In this document: positions 1 to 11,529 of the stretch, piece after piece
Layout: each line of letters begins with the position of its first letter
Numbering within the stretch: the first letter of the stretch is position 1
DNA from: Mustelus asterias
Lineage: Eukaryota
Direction: 5' to 3'
Length of the DNA stretch: 64,000 nucleotides
Assembly: GCF_964213995.1 (NCBI RefSeq)
Contig: NW_027590163.1
Coordinates: forward strand, 310,001-374,000
Made by a program: the position numbers and the translations under genes
The notes under the pieces: model-generated
What the model was told of the DNA's origin: nothing
The model's database searches: none
What the model saw: the letters and a program-made list of their open reading frames with translations, nothing else

Positions 1-578
1 TAGGAGTCCGGGGATAATGATGCAGCTATATCAGACCCTCGTCAGACCCCACTTGGAGTACTGTGCTCAGTTATGGTCGCCTCACTGTAGGAAGGATGTG
101 GAAAAGATTGAAAGGGTGCAGAGGAGATTTACAAGGATGTTGCCTGGATTGAGTGGCATGCCTTATGAGGATAGGCTGAGGGAGCTCGGTCTTTTCTCCT
201 TGGAGAGACGAAGGATGAGAGGAGACCTAATAGAGGTGTATACGATGTTGAGAGGCATAGATCGGGTGGACTCTCAGAGGCTTTTTCCCAGGGTGGAAAT
301 GTCTGCTACGAGAGGACACAGGTTTAAGGTGCTGGGGGGTAGGTACAGGGGAGATGTTAGGGGTAAGTTTTTCACACAGAGGGTGGTGGGCGAGTGGAAT
401 CGGTTGCCGTCAGTGGTGGTGGAGGTGAACTCAATAGGGTATTTTAAGAGACTCCTGGATGAGTACATGGAGCTTAATAGGATGGAGGGTTATAGGTAGG
501 TGTAGAAGGTAGGAATGTGTTCGGCACAACTTGTGGGCCGAAGGGCCTGTTTGTGCTGTAGTTTTTCTATGTTTCTAT
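1..578 (+). mobile_element. CR1-clade LINE, 3' fragment (ORF2 C-terminus + 3' UTR)
   Basis: ORF 17-499 has the CR1 ORF2 C-terminal signature (LVRPHLEYCAQLWSP, ERVQRRFTRMLPGL, LGLFSLERRRMRGDLIEVY, FFTQRVVGEWN), followed by the tail gggccgaagggcctgtttgtgctgta. Confidence 0.95.
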
Positions 579-658
579 TATGAAGAGAAGAGAGGCTGCA
601 TACTGTTGTCTTGATTATGAAGATGATACTTGGGTTCATTTTCATTTCTGTTTCACTG

Positions 659-958
659 ATTCTCCCTCGTGCACCAATTCCAGGATCACTCTCCTGCCTC
701 CGCCAATAGAACAAGTCTTACTGGAGGCGACCGTGACCTTAACATGTGTCATGTCTAACTGTAACACTGGATTCAACGTGTCCTGGAGCCGAGGAAAGAA
801 GCCTTTAAAATCAGAGATTGTCGACCAACATTCAGGTAGTGTGGTCAGCAAATTAAACATTTCAAAACAAACGTGGCTGAGTGGGGACGTGTTCGAATGT
901 GTGGCGAGCAATGAGGATCAGCCAACTCCTTTAAGAATATCTATCCACAAGGAAGACT
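659..958 (+). pseudogene. ighm: IgM heavy chain CH3 exon (acceptor mutated)
   Basis: C1-set Ig domain [20 protein letters not shown]...W...SKLNIS...[10 protein letters not shown]...[11 protein letters not shown], matching shark IgM CH3 as I recall it. Phase-1 donor GTGAGC at 959. The polypyrimidine tract ends in cTG (656-658) instead of cAG. Confidence 0.85.
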
Positions 959-1379
959 GTGAGCGGCCAGATTGAAACAATAGATCAGTCATTATGTATT
1001 TTCCAGTGTAAGTGGTTCAGTCAATCTTTGCTATTCAGTGTATTAATTGTGTACTTTGATTGGCAGTTCAAGCAAGTAAACACTGTGGGCCTGTGGATAA
1101 TAAATTCGATGTGAGAATTGAAAAGCAGATGAAGTAACAATAATTAGAAGACAACGCTTAGATGGAGTAAGAAGGGAGGAGGGACGTGATTTTAAGTTGA
1201 GCAGCAGAACAGACCAGTTCAGCCGAATGGCCTCTTTCTGTGCTGTAAGCTAAAAGTAACTTTCTAGTTCAGACCAAAATGTTCACCAAGAAATGGATTG
1301 GAACAACCTCTGCTCTGAACTGAAAAACTGGGCAAATCCCAAAATGAAAAATGGAAACCTTTAAAAGTCAGCATCAAAT

Positions 1380-1737
1380 ACACTTTCCAGACCGGGTAGA
1401 TAACTCAGAAACATCTCCCCTTCGTGGAAGGGTTCACAACCAGATAACGTAGATTTAATTAAGGAATGGTAGAGTGAGAGGGCATTTGTGGAGAACGTTT
1501 TTTTCACCCAGTGGGTGTTTTGAATGTGGAACTCACTGCCTGAAAGGCTGGTAGGGGCAGGAACCTTCACGGCATTTAAGAAACATTTAAATGAGCCCTT
1601 GAAACACCAATGCATCCAAGGCTATGGAGCAAGTGCTGGATCATGGAATTAAAAGAGATTGGCGTTTCTTGGCCGGCGCAGTTACAATGGATTGAAGGGC
1701 CTCGTTTTGTGCTGTAAAACTCTATGACTCTATGACC
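1380..1737 (+). mobile_element. Degenerate CR1 3' fragment in the CH3-CH4 intron
   Basis: ttttcacccagtgggtg...tgtggaactcactgcctgaaaggctggtaggggcag, ending in the tail gtgctgtaaaactctatgactctatga. Confidence 0.75.
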
Positions 1738-1793
1738 TGTATCCAGGAGATCCATTGCTTCCCAAATTGACGCATGTTGTACATTTTCTACAG

Positions 1794-2184
1794 TTAAAAA
1801 TCCACAGGAACCCCCCGTTTCTGTCCTCTTGCCCTCGGCGGAAGAAGTCTCCTCTCACAGATTCGTCTCCCTCAGCTGTTAGTGAGAGGTTTCTCCCCCC
1901 GAGAGATCTTCGTCAAGTGGACCATCAATGACAAGCCGGTGAATCCTGGGAACTATAAGAACACCGAGATGGTAGCGGAGAACGGCAATAGCTCCTTCTT
2001 CATGTACAGCCTGTTATCCATTGCAGCGGAGGAGTGGTCCAGCGGCGCTTCTTACTCATGTGTGATGGGACATGAAGCCATCCCCTTGAAGATCATCAAC
2101 AGAACGGTTGACAAATCCAGCGGTAAAGCCAGTTTTGTGAACATTTCTCTTGCACTGATGGACACCGTTAATTCATGTCAATGA
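1794..2184 (+). pseudogene. ighm: IgM CH4 exon + secretory tailpiece, frameshifted
   Basis: Acceptor ttttctacag at 1793. [28 protein letters not shown] then TAG; the frame resumes as [15 protein letters not shown]...[43 protein letters not shown] (tailpiece N-glycan site, penultimate Cys). 391 nt versus 392 nt for the paralog at 62246. Internal membrane-form donor G|GTAAAG at 2123. Confidence 0.9.
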
Positions 2185-2211
2185 GAATCATACAGTTATA
2201 TTCGAAACTTC

Positions 2212-2226
2212 AATAAAAATAATAAA
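2212..2226 (+). promoter_or_regulatory. Secretory-form poly(A) signals (2x AATAAA)
   Basis: AATAAA at 2212 and 2221, about 30 nt after the tailpiece stop; also present in the paralog at about 62665-62678. Confidence 0.75.
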
Positions 2227-2619
2227 AGTTTTTTCCTCCAATGATGAAAGAAAATCCCAATCACTTAATTGATTGCTTTCCAGTTTTACTTCTATTAGGT
2301 CTCTTTGATTTGGGTCACACGTTTACACGTCTTGCAGAATCAGTGCTCCCATATCAGAGACACGCACCCTGGGTTAGAGACAGACTAGAGCATATTCATT
2401 TAAAAATTCTGCAAAATAGCTTCATTCAACTCCTGCTGCTGAGGAGACATCCAACGAATTCATTTTTTAGATAAACAAATACAGCATATTTACATGTTGG
2501 TATTCCTGCTTCTCACATTGTCCATCCCATTAACATTGCTGTCAGCTTTAAGTTGCTGCACTACACCCACTGGGAACTGAAGTGAGGGTCACACACAGAC
2601 ATAGAGCAGCAATCCCCCA

Positions 2620-3025
2620 TCAGAGAGAGGGGGGATTGAAATTGTTAACACACTGGATTCCCACTCCTCCAAAAAAGAGAGGGGAGGGACATTAGGTAAT
2701 CCACAGTAGCCCCAATGTCCCAGCAAAGTGAGGGGGCGGAGCATTGGATAATCCACTCTACCCACACTCCACCAACAATGAGAGTGGGAGCAGCATTAGG
2801 TAACAACAGTACCCTCGCTTTGCAACAAAGAGGAGTCGTTAACTCACTGTATCAGTACTCACCCCAAAACGAGATGGAAGGACATTAGTTAATGTACTCT
2901 ACCCCCAATTTCCCAGTAAAGAGATGAAGAGGGGAGTGTAGTTAATCCACTGTACCCCCACATCCCCAACACAGAGAGGGGACAGACAGTACTGAATCCA
3001 CTGTAGCTACAGCTCCTCAGCAGAG
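2620..3025 (+). repeat. Degenerate ~50-bp tandem repeat (~8 units) downstream of the secretory poly(A) site
   Basis: Recurrent unit approximately gagaggggagggacattagttaatccactgtacccccacatccccaacaaa; paralogous block at about 63085-63490. Confidence 0.65.
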
Positions 3026-3519
3026 AAAACCAAAATGGAAATTGCTCAGTCCATAGGAAAGAAGGAAACGATGAACTCACTATGCTCCCCATCCCCGAGC
3101 AGAAGATATGGAAGAGATTGGGTTTCTATCGCATGGGCTCAGTCACAACCGTTTTCTACCTTTCGAGCTGCAAATTCTAAACTTCCAACATGCTAATCAT
3201 GTTGTGGAATATATATTTATGGAACATTATTTTCAAAGTTTAAACACTCTGTTCATCGTTTGCTACCATTAATTTCTCACAATCCAAATTTAAACTGGTG
3301 TCTGTATCCTCCCTGGGTTTTCATACACTTATCCCTGATTTTTATGTGGATCAATAAATTGTTGCATTAATTCAACGAATTTCGCCTTGCATCTCACAGA
3401 AGAGAGATATCAACAGAGGATGTTGAAAACGTTCTCCATCATTTGCACCCGTCAGGGTCAAAGTCTATTATTTCCATCTTGGGAAACTTGGTACAATAGT
3501 AAATATACAGGCGACCGAC

Positions 3520-5025
3520 AAAACAGCACACACATGACGGACATCCACACGCACGCACACAGGAACACACACACACAAAAACACAATAAATACACACATA
3601 CAAAAACACAAATACAGACAAAGAAATATACACAAAGAAAAACACAAACATGCACAAAAAGTACACACATAAACAGACACAAATGCACGCATGTGCCGAC
3701 ACACAAACGAGCACATGCATACTAACGCACACAAATATGTGCACACAAAATGAAGGCAAACGCACGAATACTCAAACAAAGAAATACGCAGATACATAAG
3801 CCTATATAAACAAGTACAAAAATAAAAATGTATCCATGTAAATGTGCAAACAAGCGCACAATTATACACAAGTGCAAACTTATATACACACAATCACACA
3901 CATTCACAGAAGCATAAAGGCAGACAGTCAGACACACAAACACACACAAACAGATGCACCGATTCAAAGATACACACTTTCGTGCACACATCCAAGCACG
4001 CACATAAACGCAAAAATACACATCGAAACACACACAGGCATAGAATCGCACACACGCAAACACACACACACGAAAAACACATGCAAATCGACACGTATTT
4101 ATAAGCGTGCACATGCATACAGACACACACACGCCCAGACATGGAAAGACATTAGCACATCTGTTACACATATACATTACTTACTCAAATGAGCATGTAT
4201 ACACACAAACAAACACTGAAATCATAGAATCCTAGAAATGCACATTAAATAAACACATGTGCATACAAACACACACACACAAAAACACAGAAAAAACATG
4301 GCTACATAAATATGCAGACAGAAATGCACACAAACACATATGCAGGCACACGCAAACAAGCATACGCAAATGCAAACATATAAAATGCAGACGAGCATAA
4401 TTACCCAAGGGCATGGAGTGCAAATTTAACCTTAATTAAAGAATATGGATTAAAAGATGCACATGCTCACGCACAAATATAGATACACAGACGCACGTTA
4501 ACAGAGTACACATGGACGCACAAATACTTACATCAACAGACGGCAAAATATTCAACGACACACATGTAGACGCAAGCATTAACATGCCAATACACAAGCG
4601 AACACAAACACACACATTAATACAAATCAAGACATGAATATATATCAAATCATATTTATAAAGATCTAACAAAGCATAAAAACACATTAACACGCGCACA
4701 CACAAACACACACACAAACAAATACTACTGCACTGACAGATAGGTGGAAGATCAAAAGCATATTAACACATATATTTACAGGCATCAACGCATAAACATG
4801 CATTAATATAGATATTTCTAAATAAACAGCGACTTGAACACACAATAAATCACTCATATATACACATTGATAGAGAAACATTATGTACACACAGATACAG
4901 ACACATGAATTTACGAATTAACACGCATTCGCTCAGGGTCACACATTAACACCTACATCCATGACGCAAACAAGTAATAATGCAAAGCGAGATGCGCATG
5001 CGCACATAAACAAATACAAACACAA
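3520..5025 (+). repeat. ~1.5-kb degenerate CA-rich low-complexity tract in the CH4-TM1 intron
   Basis: Continuous acacacaaacacata-type sequence; source of many spurious C/V- and H/T-rich ORFs. Confidence 0.9.
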
Positions 5026-5537
5026 AAGTCAGGCTTTTGATGGAAGAACAATTCAAATTATATTTTAAAAGACAGATTCTCCAACAATTGTTTCAATAAC
5101 AAAATAACTCAACAAACACACTGAACAATATTCTCAATGAGAAACAGATTTAAGTTAATAATGTAACAAGTGTTTCCATCACAGATAAACAAAAATAATG
5201 TTAACTCACATTCGAGTTCTTAAATAGAAACATTCACAGTTTACAAATAAACAGGTCAGAAATCTCCTTCGAAACACATCATGATATTCTCCAATAATAG
5301 GTAACATGAAATTGTTGGAAAATGAACTGATGCTGAAGAAAAGTTGCCATATTTTCCCATACAGTCTGTACGAGGAATGTAAAAATGTATGAAAATAGTT
5401 ACAGAGATCGGTTACTGAGTGTCACGAACTCAATAGTAGATATATATGAAAATTCAATGAGAGAATGAATTAATAGCTTAGGAAGGAGAAAGGAGAATAT
5501 ACAAAGTAATATTTAGATATGCTGGAAAAATAAAGCA

Positions 5538-5861
5538 ATCATAGAAACACTACAGTGCAGAAGGAGGCCATTCGGCCCATCGAGTCTGCACCGACCACAA
5601 TCCCACCCCCCACATATTTTACACGCTAATCCTTCTAACCTACGCATCCCAGAACTCTAAGGGACAATTTTTAACCTGGCCAATCAACCTAACCCGCACA
5701 TCTTTGGACTGTGGGAGGAAACCGGAGCACCCGGAGGAAACCCACGCAGACACGAGGAGAATGTGCAAACTCCACACAGACAGTGACCCGAGCCGGGAAT
5801 CGAACCCGGGATCCTGGAGCTGTGAAGCAGCAGTGCTAACCACTGTGCTACCGTGCCGCCC
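5538..5861 (-). mobile_element. HE1-like V-SINE (tRNA-derived), full length
   Basis: Minus strand has A box (tggttagc), B box (ggttcgattcc), V-SINE core ctccggtttcctcccacagtccaaagatgtgc and CR1-type tail gggccgaatggcctccttctgcactgtag. Confidence 0.9.
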
Positions 5862-5881
5862 CCCACTGTGCTACCGTGCCG

Positions 5882-5944
5882 CTATGGGTGTCACAGCCGA
5901 GAAAATATAATCTAATTATATTTTCTCGGCTGTGACACCCATAG
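5882..5944. repeat. Perfect 30-bp inverted repeat (3-nt loop) covering the TM1 splice acceptor
   Basis: ctatgggtgtcacagccgagaaaatataat (5882-5911) / cta / attatattttctcggctgtgacacccatag (5915-5944). Confidence 0.97.
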
Positions 5945-6069
5945 ATTCCACAGACCGCATCTCGATTGAAAACAACGATGACAACAGCAACATCTGTACA
6001 ACTGCTTCCACATTCATCGTCCTGTTCTTCCTGAGCATATTCTACAGCACTGCTGTCACTCTGGTGAAG
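5945..6069 (+). pseudogene. ighm: IgM transmembrane exon TM1
   Basis: ag|AT TCC... reads (D)STDRISIENNDDNSNICTTASTFIVLFFLSIFYSTAVTLVK|gtgaga, with the Ig CART-like TM pattern (TF..LF.LS..YS..VT). Not in the ORF track. Confidence 0.9.
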
Positions 6070-6209
6070 GTGAGATGATTCAATTCACCCACATTTGAAA
6101 CTGGTAGAAGTGAGTTGAAAATGTTCTGAATGTTTTATTGATTAAAAACTCTAACATTAATACCCCGCATCATAAACATGTGCTTCATTGTTGTATCTCT
6201 CTTTTACAG

Positions 6210-6218
6210 ATCAAGTGA
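6210..6218 (+). pseudogene. ighm: IgM TM2 exon (IK-stop)
   Basis: tctctcttttacag|ATC AAG TGA gives cytoplasmic tail K-I-K. Candidate membrane-form AATAAA at 6671. Confidence 0.8.
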
Positions 6219-7594
6219 CGGGTTGAATTTTGGACGCTGTAGATTTCCCTTAGCTGATTATTAAGATCTCCGTATGACTCAAATACAATATCTGCTCCCG
6301 GTGACTCGAACAGTAAAATTCTCTCAGTTTATCATTCCGCACTTGTAACTAAGACAAGCGTGGTCGGTATTTCAGTTTTCGATATGAAATGTACGAGGTA
6401 TTTTTTTATTGTAATGTAAACTGTCGTTGACAGTTTCCCTGCAGTTTAAATTTCATGTATACATCAATGATTTTTCTCGTTCCTGATTCACAATTGTTCA
6501 TGTCCCGATGTGGTTAGCTCCTATTTAAGCTTTCTTGTGTCTGCAAGAGTTGTACATATATTGGGCAGCTCGGAGCAGATGTGTTCTATTCTCAATGTGA
6601 AGCTAGATCGTTATGTTCACTTTTGTCAACTTTAAAAGAAACTTCTGTTCAACGTTCTCTGAAAATTTTAAATAAATCTTGAATGAAAAATCAACCAATT
6701 CTGACTTTTCTTAACTCCTTTCTCCAAAGTCCATCGACACAGCTCCATTTTCCCGATTACACGGTTACCCCCTTTTCCCAGAAAGGTATTTTTCCCCAGT
6801 CCTGTCTGGGACGTGGCTGAACGCAAGTGAAAGATCAGTGAAAGAGTCACTGCGCCACCCAGTGAATCATCTGTGTAGAGACACCTTCACCTCTGCCTTT
6901 TTTGATGATAAACTCCAGAGACAGAATGATTGAACAGCGAGGAGAACCTCGGTGATTTGACACATGAACTGGTCGGTCACCCTCGAGTGTCAGGCAATTC
7001 TCATCACCTAAGGCTCTGCTTCATCAGAGTCCGATTCAGCACAGTATATGGAAGAAGAAATCTTCCTTTACACTGTCCCACCTAACACTGCAAAGATCGC
7101 TGCAGCACAGGGTATCAGAGTAAATCTCTTTCCCGATTGTCCCATTAAATACTTCAAAGGCAGGGGCGCCACAGGCGAGATGATAAATCTCGGGGAGAAC
7201 AGTGGGGTATGAAACATGAGAGATTTGGATGTTTACCGGAAAGACATGTTATCGAGTACACATTTCCAAATGATTGCCAACCATTACGGCCTATGAGATA
7301 CACTCGGGGAAAACACGCAGAAATTCCCAGATGCTGAGGTCAATCTGAAACAACAAATCAGCAGAAATTATGGGAGGTGTTCCCAGAGAGTACGGCTCAT
7401 TCTGACATAGACAGTCCAGCTTCGCATTTTGTCTTAAAGACACAAATAGATAGGTTGCCCCATGTTCTGTTGGAAATGCACACGCTCCACTTTCTGGTGA
7501 ACACAGTGACTGTCTGCTTCAAGCTGTCCTTTTTGTATCAATTAACACTGTCCCTCTGATTCTTTTTCGATGAAGCATTATCCCCAATAAACGG

Positions 7595-8172
7595 CCATTC
7601 CCTCTGATACCATCGCCCTGAACTCACTGAGCATCATCCCAGGGACCCTCTCTCCCTGCTCCATTCCCTCTGATACCATCGCCCTGAACTCACTGAGCAT
7701 CATCCCAGGGATCCTCTCTCCCTGCTCCATTTCCTCTGATACCATCGCCCTGAACTCAGTGAACATCATCCCAGGGACCCTCTCTCCCTGCTCCATTCAC
7801 CCTGACAGCATCGCCTTGAACTCACTGAGCATCACCCCAGAGATCCTCTCTCCCGGCTCCATTCCCTCTGACTCAATCCCCTGAACTCACTGAACATCAC
7901 CCCAGGGATCTTCTCTCCCGGCTCCATTCCCTCTGACTCAATCCCCTGAACTCACTGAACATCACCCCAGAGATCCTCTCTCCCGGCTCCATTCCCTCTG
8001 ACAGCATCGCCCTTAACTCACTGAGCATCAGCCCAGGGATTTTCTCTCCCGACTCCATTCCCTCTGACTCCATCCCCTGAACTCACTGAACATCACCTCA
8101 GGGATTCTTTCTGGCTACTACATTTCCGCTGTTACCATCCCCCTCAACTCGCTAAATATCACCCCAGGGATC
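7595..8172 (+). repeat. 66-bp minisatellite, ~8.8 copies
   Basis: Unit ccattccctctgataccatcgccctgaactcactgagcatcatcccagggaccctctctccctgct starting at 7595, 7661, 7727, etc. Confidence 0.95.
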
Positions 8173-9315
8173 TACCAGTGGCCATCAAACCTTCATGCCC
8201 TGACCATTCTCTCCACCTCTATCATCATGTTCTTTCGTCGTGTTGATATCAACATCTCCTGAGGATTCTGGTCTGGTCCTTTGGATTTTCCGACGTTCCT
8301 GAAGCTGATAGCTTTACAATCTAAAGTCCTGGAGTTCAGCTCCAAGATTTGAATTCGTAACATATCATATCAACTTCGGAGAGAAAAGTATCAACGGCCT
8401 GCATGCCGGTTCAGTAGAATATCGCTGACTGGGTACAGTTAAAATTTAAACTTTCATTTTGCTCGAATTTCTTTTACTCATCAAGTCCACCGCCCCACAC
8501 AATCGTGGGCCGACCCTCCCTCACTTTGTTACTTTTACCATCTGTCGGTATGACTCCCCATCTCTATGTACTTTTTCCAGGCTCGGGAGGTCTCACGTTG
8601 GTCAGGGCTACCGTTTGGTTCGAACACATGCGATACTGAATCTGGGGATGAGTGATCAGATAATGTAGAGGGAGATTTGTATTGCATCACACGTGTGCTA
8701 TACCTGTCTTATAATGTGGTGCCAGATTGTAGAGGGATGTTTTCATTTTATCTGCGTATAACCTACTGGACTTATAATAAGCTTTGCTGATAATTAGTGC
8801 ACACATACACACACATACTCATACATTATGGTTGTTATGAGTCTTTGCGAGATGGGACGATGACAATATTCCACTCGTAACAAATTCTTAATACAATCTT
8901 TTGAAAGATGGAATTATTAAAATGAATAAAATGAACATGCATTATGACACTGAATACCAGCAACCTGAAACAATTAAGCACAGCCGTCATGCAAACAGCA
9001 ACAGTTACAAATGGTAAAAAGAATAAAAAGTGAACAGTAATAATAATCCAGCGTTAATAATAATTCGACAAAATATCATGTCACAAGTTTTGCACAAAAA
9101 GGAAGAAATTTTTAGACTGCATTCCAATGGATGATGCTCCAGCACTTCAGGTGTGGCCAAAGATATCCCAAACTGTCAGTGTGTTGGTACAACAGATGAC
9201 AATTGGGACTACAGGAAATATGTTTGTCACTTCATACGATGGAATATCTAGGAGCTTGCATCCAAATTGCAGACTTTGTGGCAAAGGAAATTTAGACAGT
9301 AAACATTTTTAAATT

Positions 9316-9633
9316 CATCCCGTGGGACATGGGCATCGACGGCTGGCCAGAATTTTTTGCCCATCTCTATTTGCTCTTGGAGGGAAGTTGAGAGTCAACT
9401 ACATTGTTGTGTCGGCAAGGACTCAGGTTTCATTCCTTAAAGGACATTTGTGAACCAGATGGGCTTATCCAACAATCGGCAATGGTTTCATGGTCAACAA
9501 CAGATTTCTAATTCCAGGTTTTGTTGTTGAATTCAAATTCAGCTGCCGCGGCGGGATTCGAAACCTGCCACCCAGAAGATTAGCTGAATGTCTGGATTAA
9601 TGGTCTAGCGATAATAATATTACACCATCGCCT
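9316..9633 (-). mobile_element. tRNA-derived SINE, SacSINE1/DeuSINE-like
   Basis: Minus strand has a tRNA-like head and the core aatgtcctttaaggaa...gttgactctcaact...gccagccgtcgatgcccatgtcccacg. Related copies near 40345-40650(-), 45295-45620(+), 48527-48830(-), 61090-62005(-, split by LTR). Confidence 0.65.
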
Positions 9634-10239
9634 CCACTGTGCCACTGTATTTCATGGTGTCATGAAATTGACAAGTCCGAAGAAGGGCACTAATATTGTG
9701 TACAATAAGATTTGCTCCTTGACATGTCATCAGGAGATGTAATGACATATTGTTTATTTTGTGAACTGATGTTCGTCATATTATTAACCATACTGGAAAT
9801 TATCTGGAATGTACCCGATTCTTGCATTCTTTTATTCGCGTTAGTGCCAGATTGGCAAAACTTCCTGATGAAGAATTGAACCTCCCAGCCTCCCTCTGTG
9901 TCAATAATAATTCCTGCATCACAGTATCGACTGTACTTGAAATCAAATTCATTGGCTGTAAAACGCATTTGGAGATCCTAATGACGTTTGGTTCAAACAT
10001 TCGGGTCGATATTGTGACAAACTTCCAGAGATGAGTGAAATTGAAGGACAGGATTAATGTGATCAATATTAAACCGCATATTGCACTAACTAGAAAGATA
10101 TGTCATCATTGCAGTTTATCAGTTTACACAGGTGTTGTGCCCCACCAATTCTTTGCGTGTGTGTCTTTGTGTATCATGAAATATGTATGTATCGGCATGA
10201 CATGTTAGCATGTATGGTATTTAGAGTGTCCTTACTTGC

Positions 10240-10637
10240 AAAAAGCAAAAGAAAAATGGTGATTTTATAGAGGTCGATAAAATAATGAGGGGCATAGTCG
10301 AGGTAGATAGTCAACATATTTTCCCAAAGGTCGGGAAGTCTAAAACTAGAGGGCAAACGTTTAAGGTGTGAGGGGAGAGATACAAAAGCGTCCAGAGGGG
10401 CACTTTTTTCACTCAGAGGGTGGTGAGAGTCTGAAACGAGCTTCCAGAGTTAATATAGAGGCGGGTACAATTTTGTCTTTGAAGGAGAATTTAGACAGTT
10501 ACTTCGGTAAGATGGGTATAGAGGGATATGGGTCAAATGCGGGCAATTGGGACGAGGTTAAAGGTAAAATCTGGGCGGCATGGACAAGTTAGGCCGAAAT
10601 GCCTGCTTCCATGTTGTAAACCTCTTTGACTCTATGA
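10240..10637 (+). mobile_element. CR1 3' fragment
   Basis: ggtgattttatagaggtc...ttttcactcagagggtggtgag... with tail ctctttgactctatga. Confidence 0.85.
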
Positions 10638-11245
10638 CACAATTCTTAATGTTTGCAATTGAACATTGATAATTGTATTGCACTCGGCACTGCCTTATTT
10701 ATTATTGCGCAAGGCCTTGCATTTGTTTGAATCGCACAAGATCGAGTTCAGTTACCAATGTATTTGAGACAGTGACTCCATTCATAGTCTGAGAATCTGT
10801 TTCAGCCTTAAATGAAGCAGAACGTGCTCAGGCCGGTATTACATTAGTTCCTACCTTTGCTATGAAAATAGTAAACCTTGCCTGAATTTTATAAAACCCA
10901 ACATTTTTAAAGGGGTTTTGATCCTGTTTTGTGATTACATCGGGGCATATTTTGGATCAGTTCCACTCTTTTGTTTCTATTATTCTCGAGCATCCTATGT
11001 CATTGTTTCTGTTACAGGAGACCAAGTTTGAGGCACCCCCAATCACATACCCCCCCCCCCCCACCCGCCTCCAGCAGCACTCATTCACTCTCAAACGGCA
11101 AGCAATGAATGGATGGGTGGCAATCAGTGATCCAAATGGGATTTGGACATGCTGCTGCACAACTTATCTGCAGCACTTCTTTAAAAAATACTTCATGCAC
11201 TGTTAAAGATGATTCGGGAGGTCTCAGGTCGTGAATAACGCTATT

Positions 11246-11467
11246 NNNNNNNNNNNNNNNNNNNNNNNNNNNNNNNNNNNNNNNNNNNNNNNNNNNNNNN
11301 NNNNNNNNNNNNNNNNNNNNNNNNNNNNNNNNNNNNNNNNNNNNNNNNNNNNNNNNNNNNNNNNNNNNNNNNNNNNNNNNNNNNNNNNNNNNNNNNNNNN
11401 NNNNNNNNNNNNNNNNNNNNNNNNNNNNNNNNNNNNNNNNNNNNNNNNNNNNNNNNNNNNNNNNNNN
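11246..11467. other. Assembly gap (N run)
   Basis: Run of n characters. Confidence 1.
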
Positions 11468-11529
11468 AAGATAGATTATTTATGTGCTGCATTTCACGAC
11501 TTCGGACGTCCCAATTTTAAAATGTGCCA

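Noticed and set aside
3387-4890. Many overlapping Cys/Val- or His/Thr-rich ORFs
   Set aside because: Translations of the CA/TG low-complexity tract; no domain structure.
6845-6865. CTCF-like motif (reverse complement ttcactgggtggcgcag) 3' of the IgM membrane poly(A) site; similar near 26990 and 41047
   Set aside because: Partial matches only; cannot be separated from chance without PWM scoring or ChIP.
7578-7796. ORF with 22-aa repeats; regular repeats superficially CRISPR-like
   Set aside because: Product of the 66-bp minisatellite; units are contiguous with no unique spacers, there are no cas genes, and the context is vertebrate.
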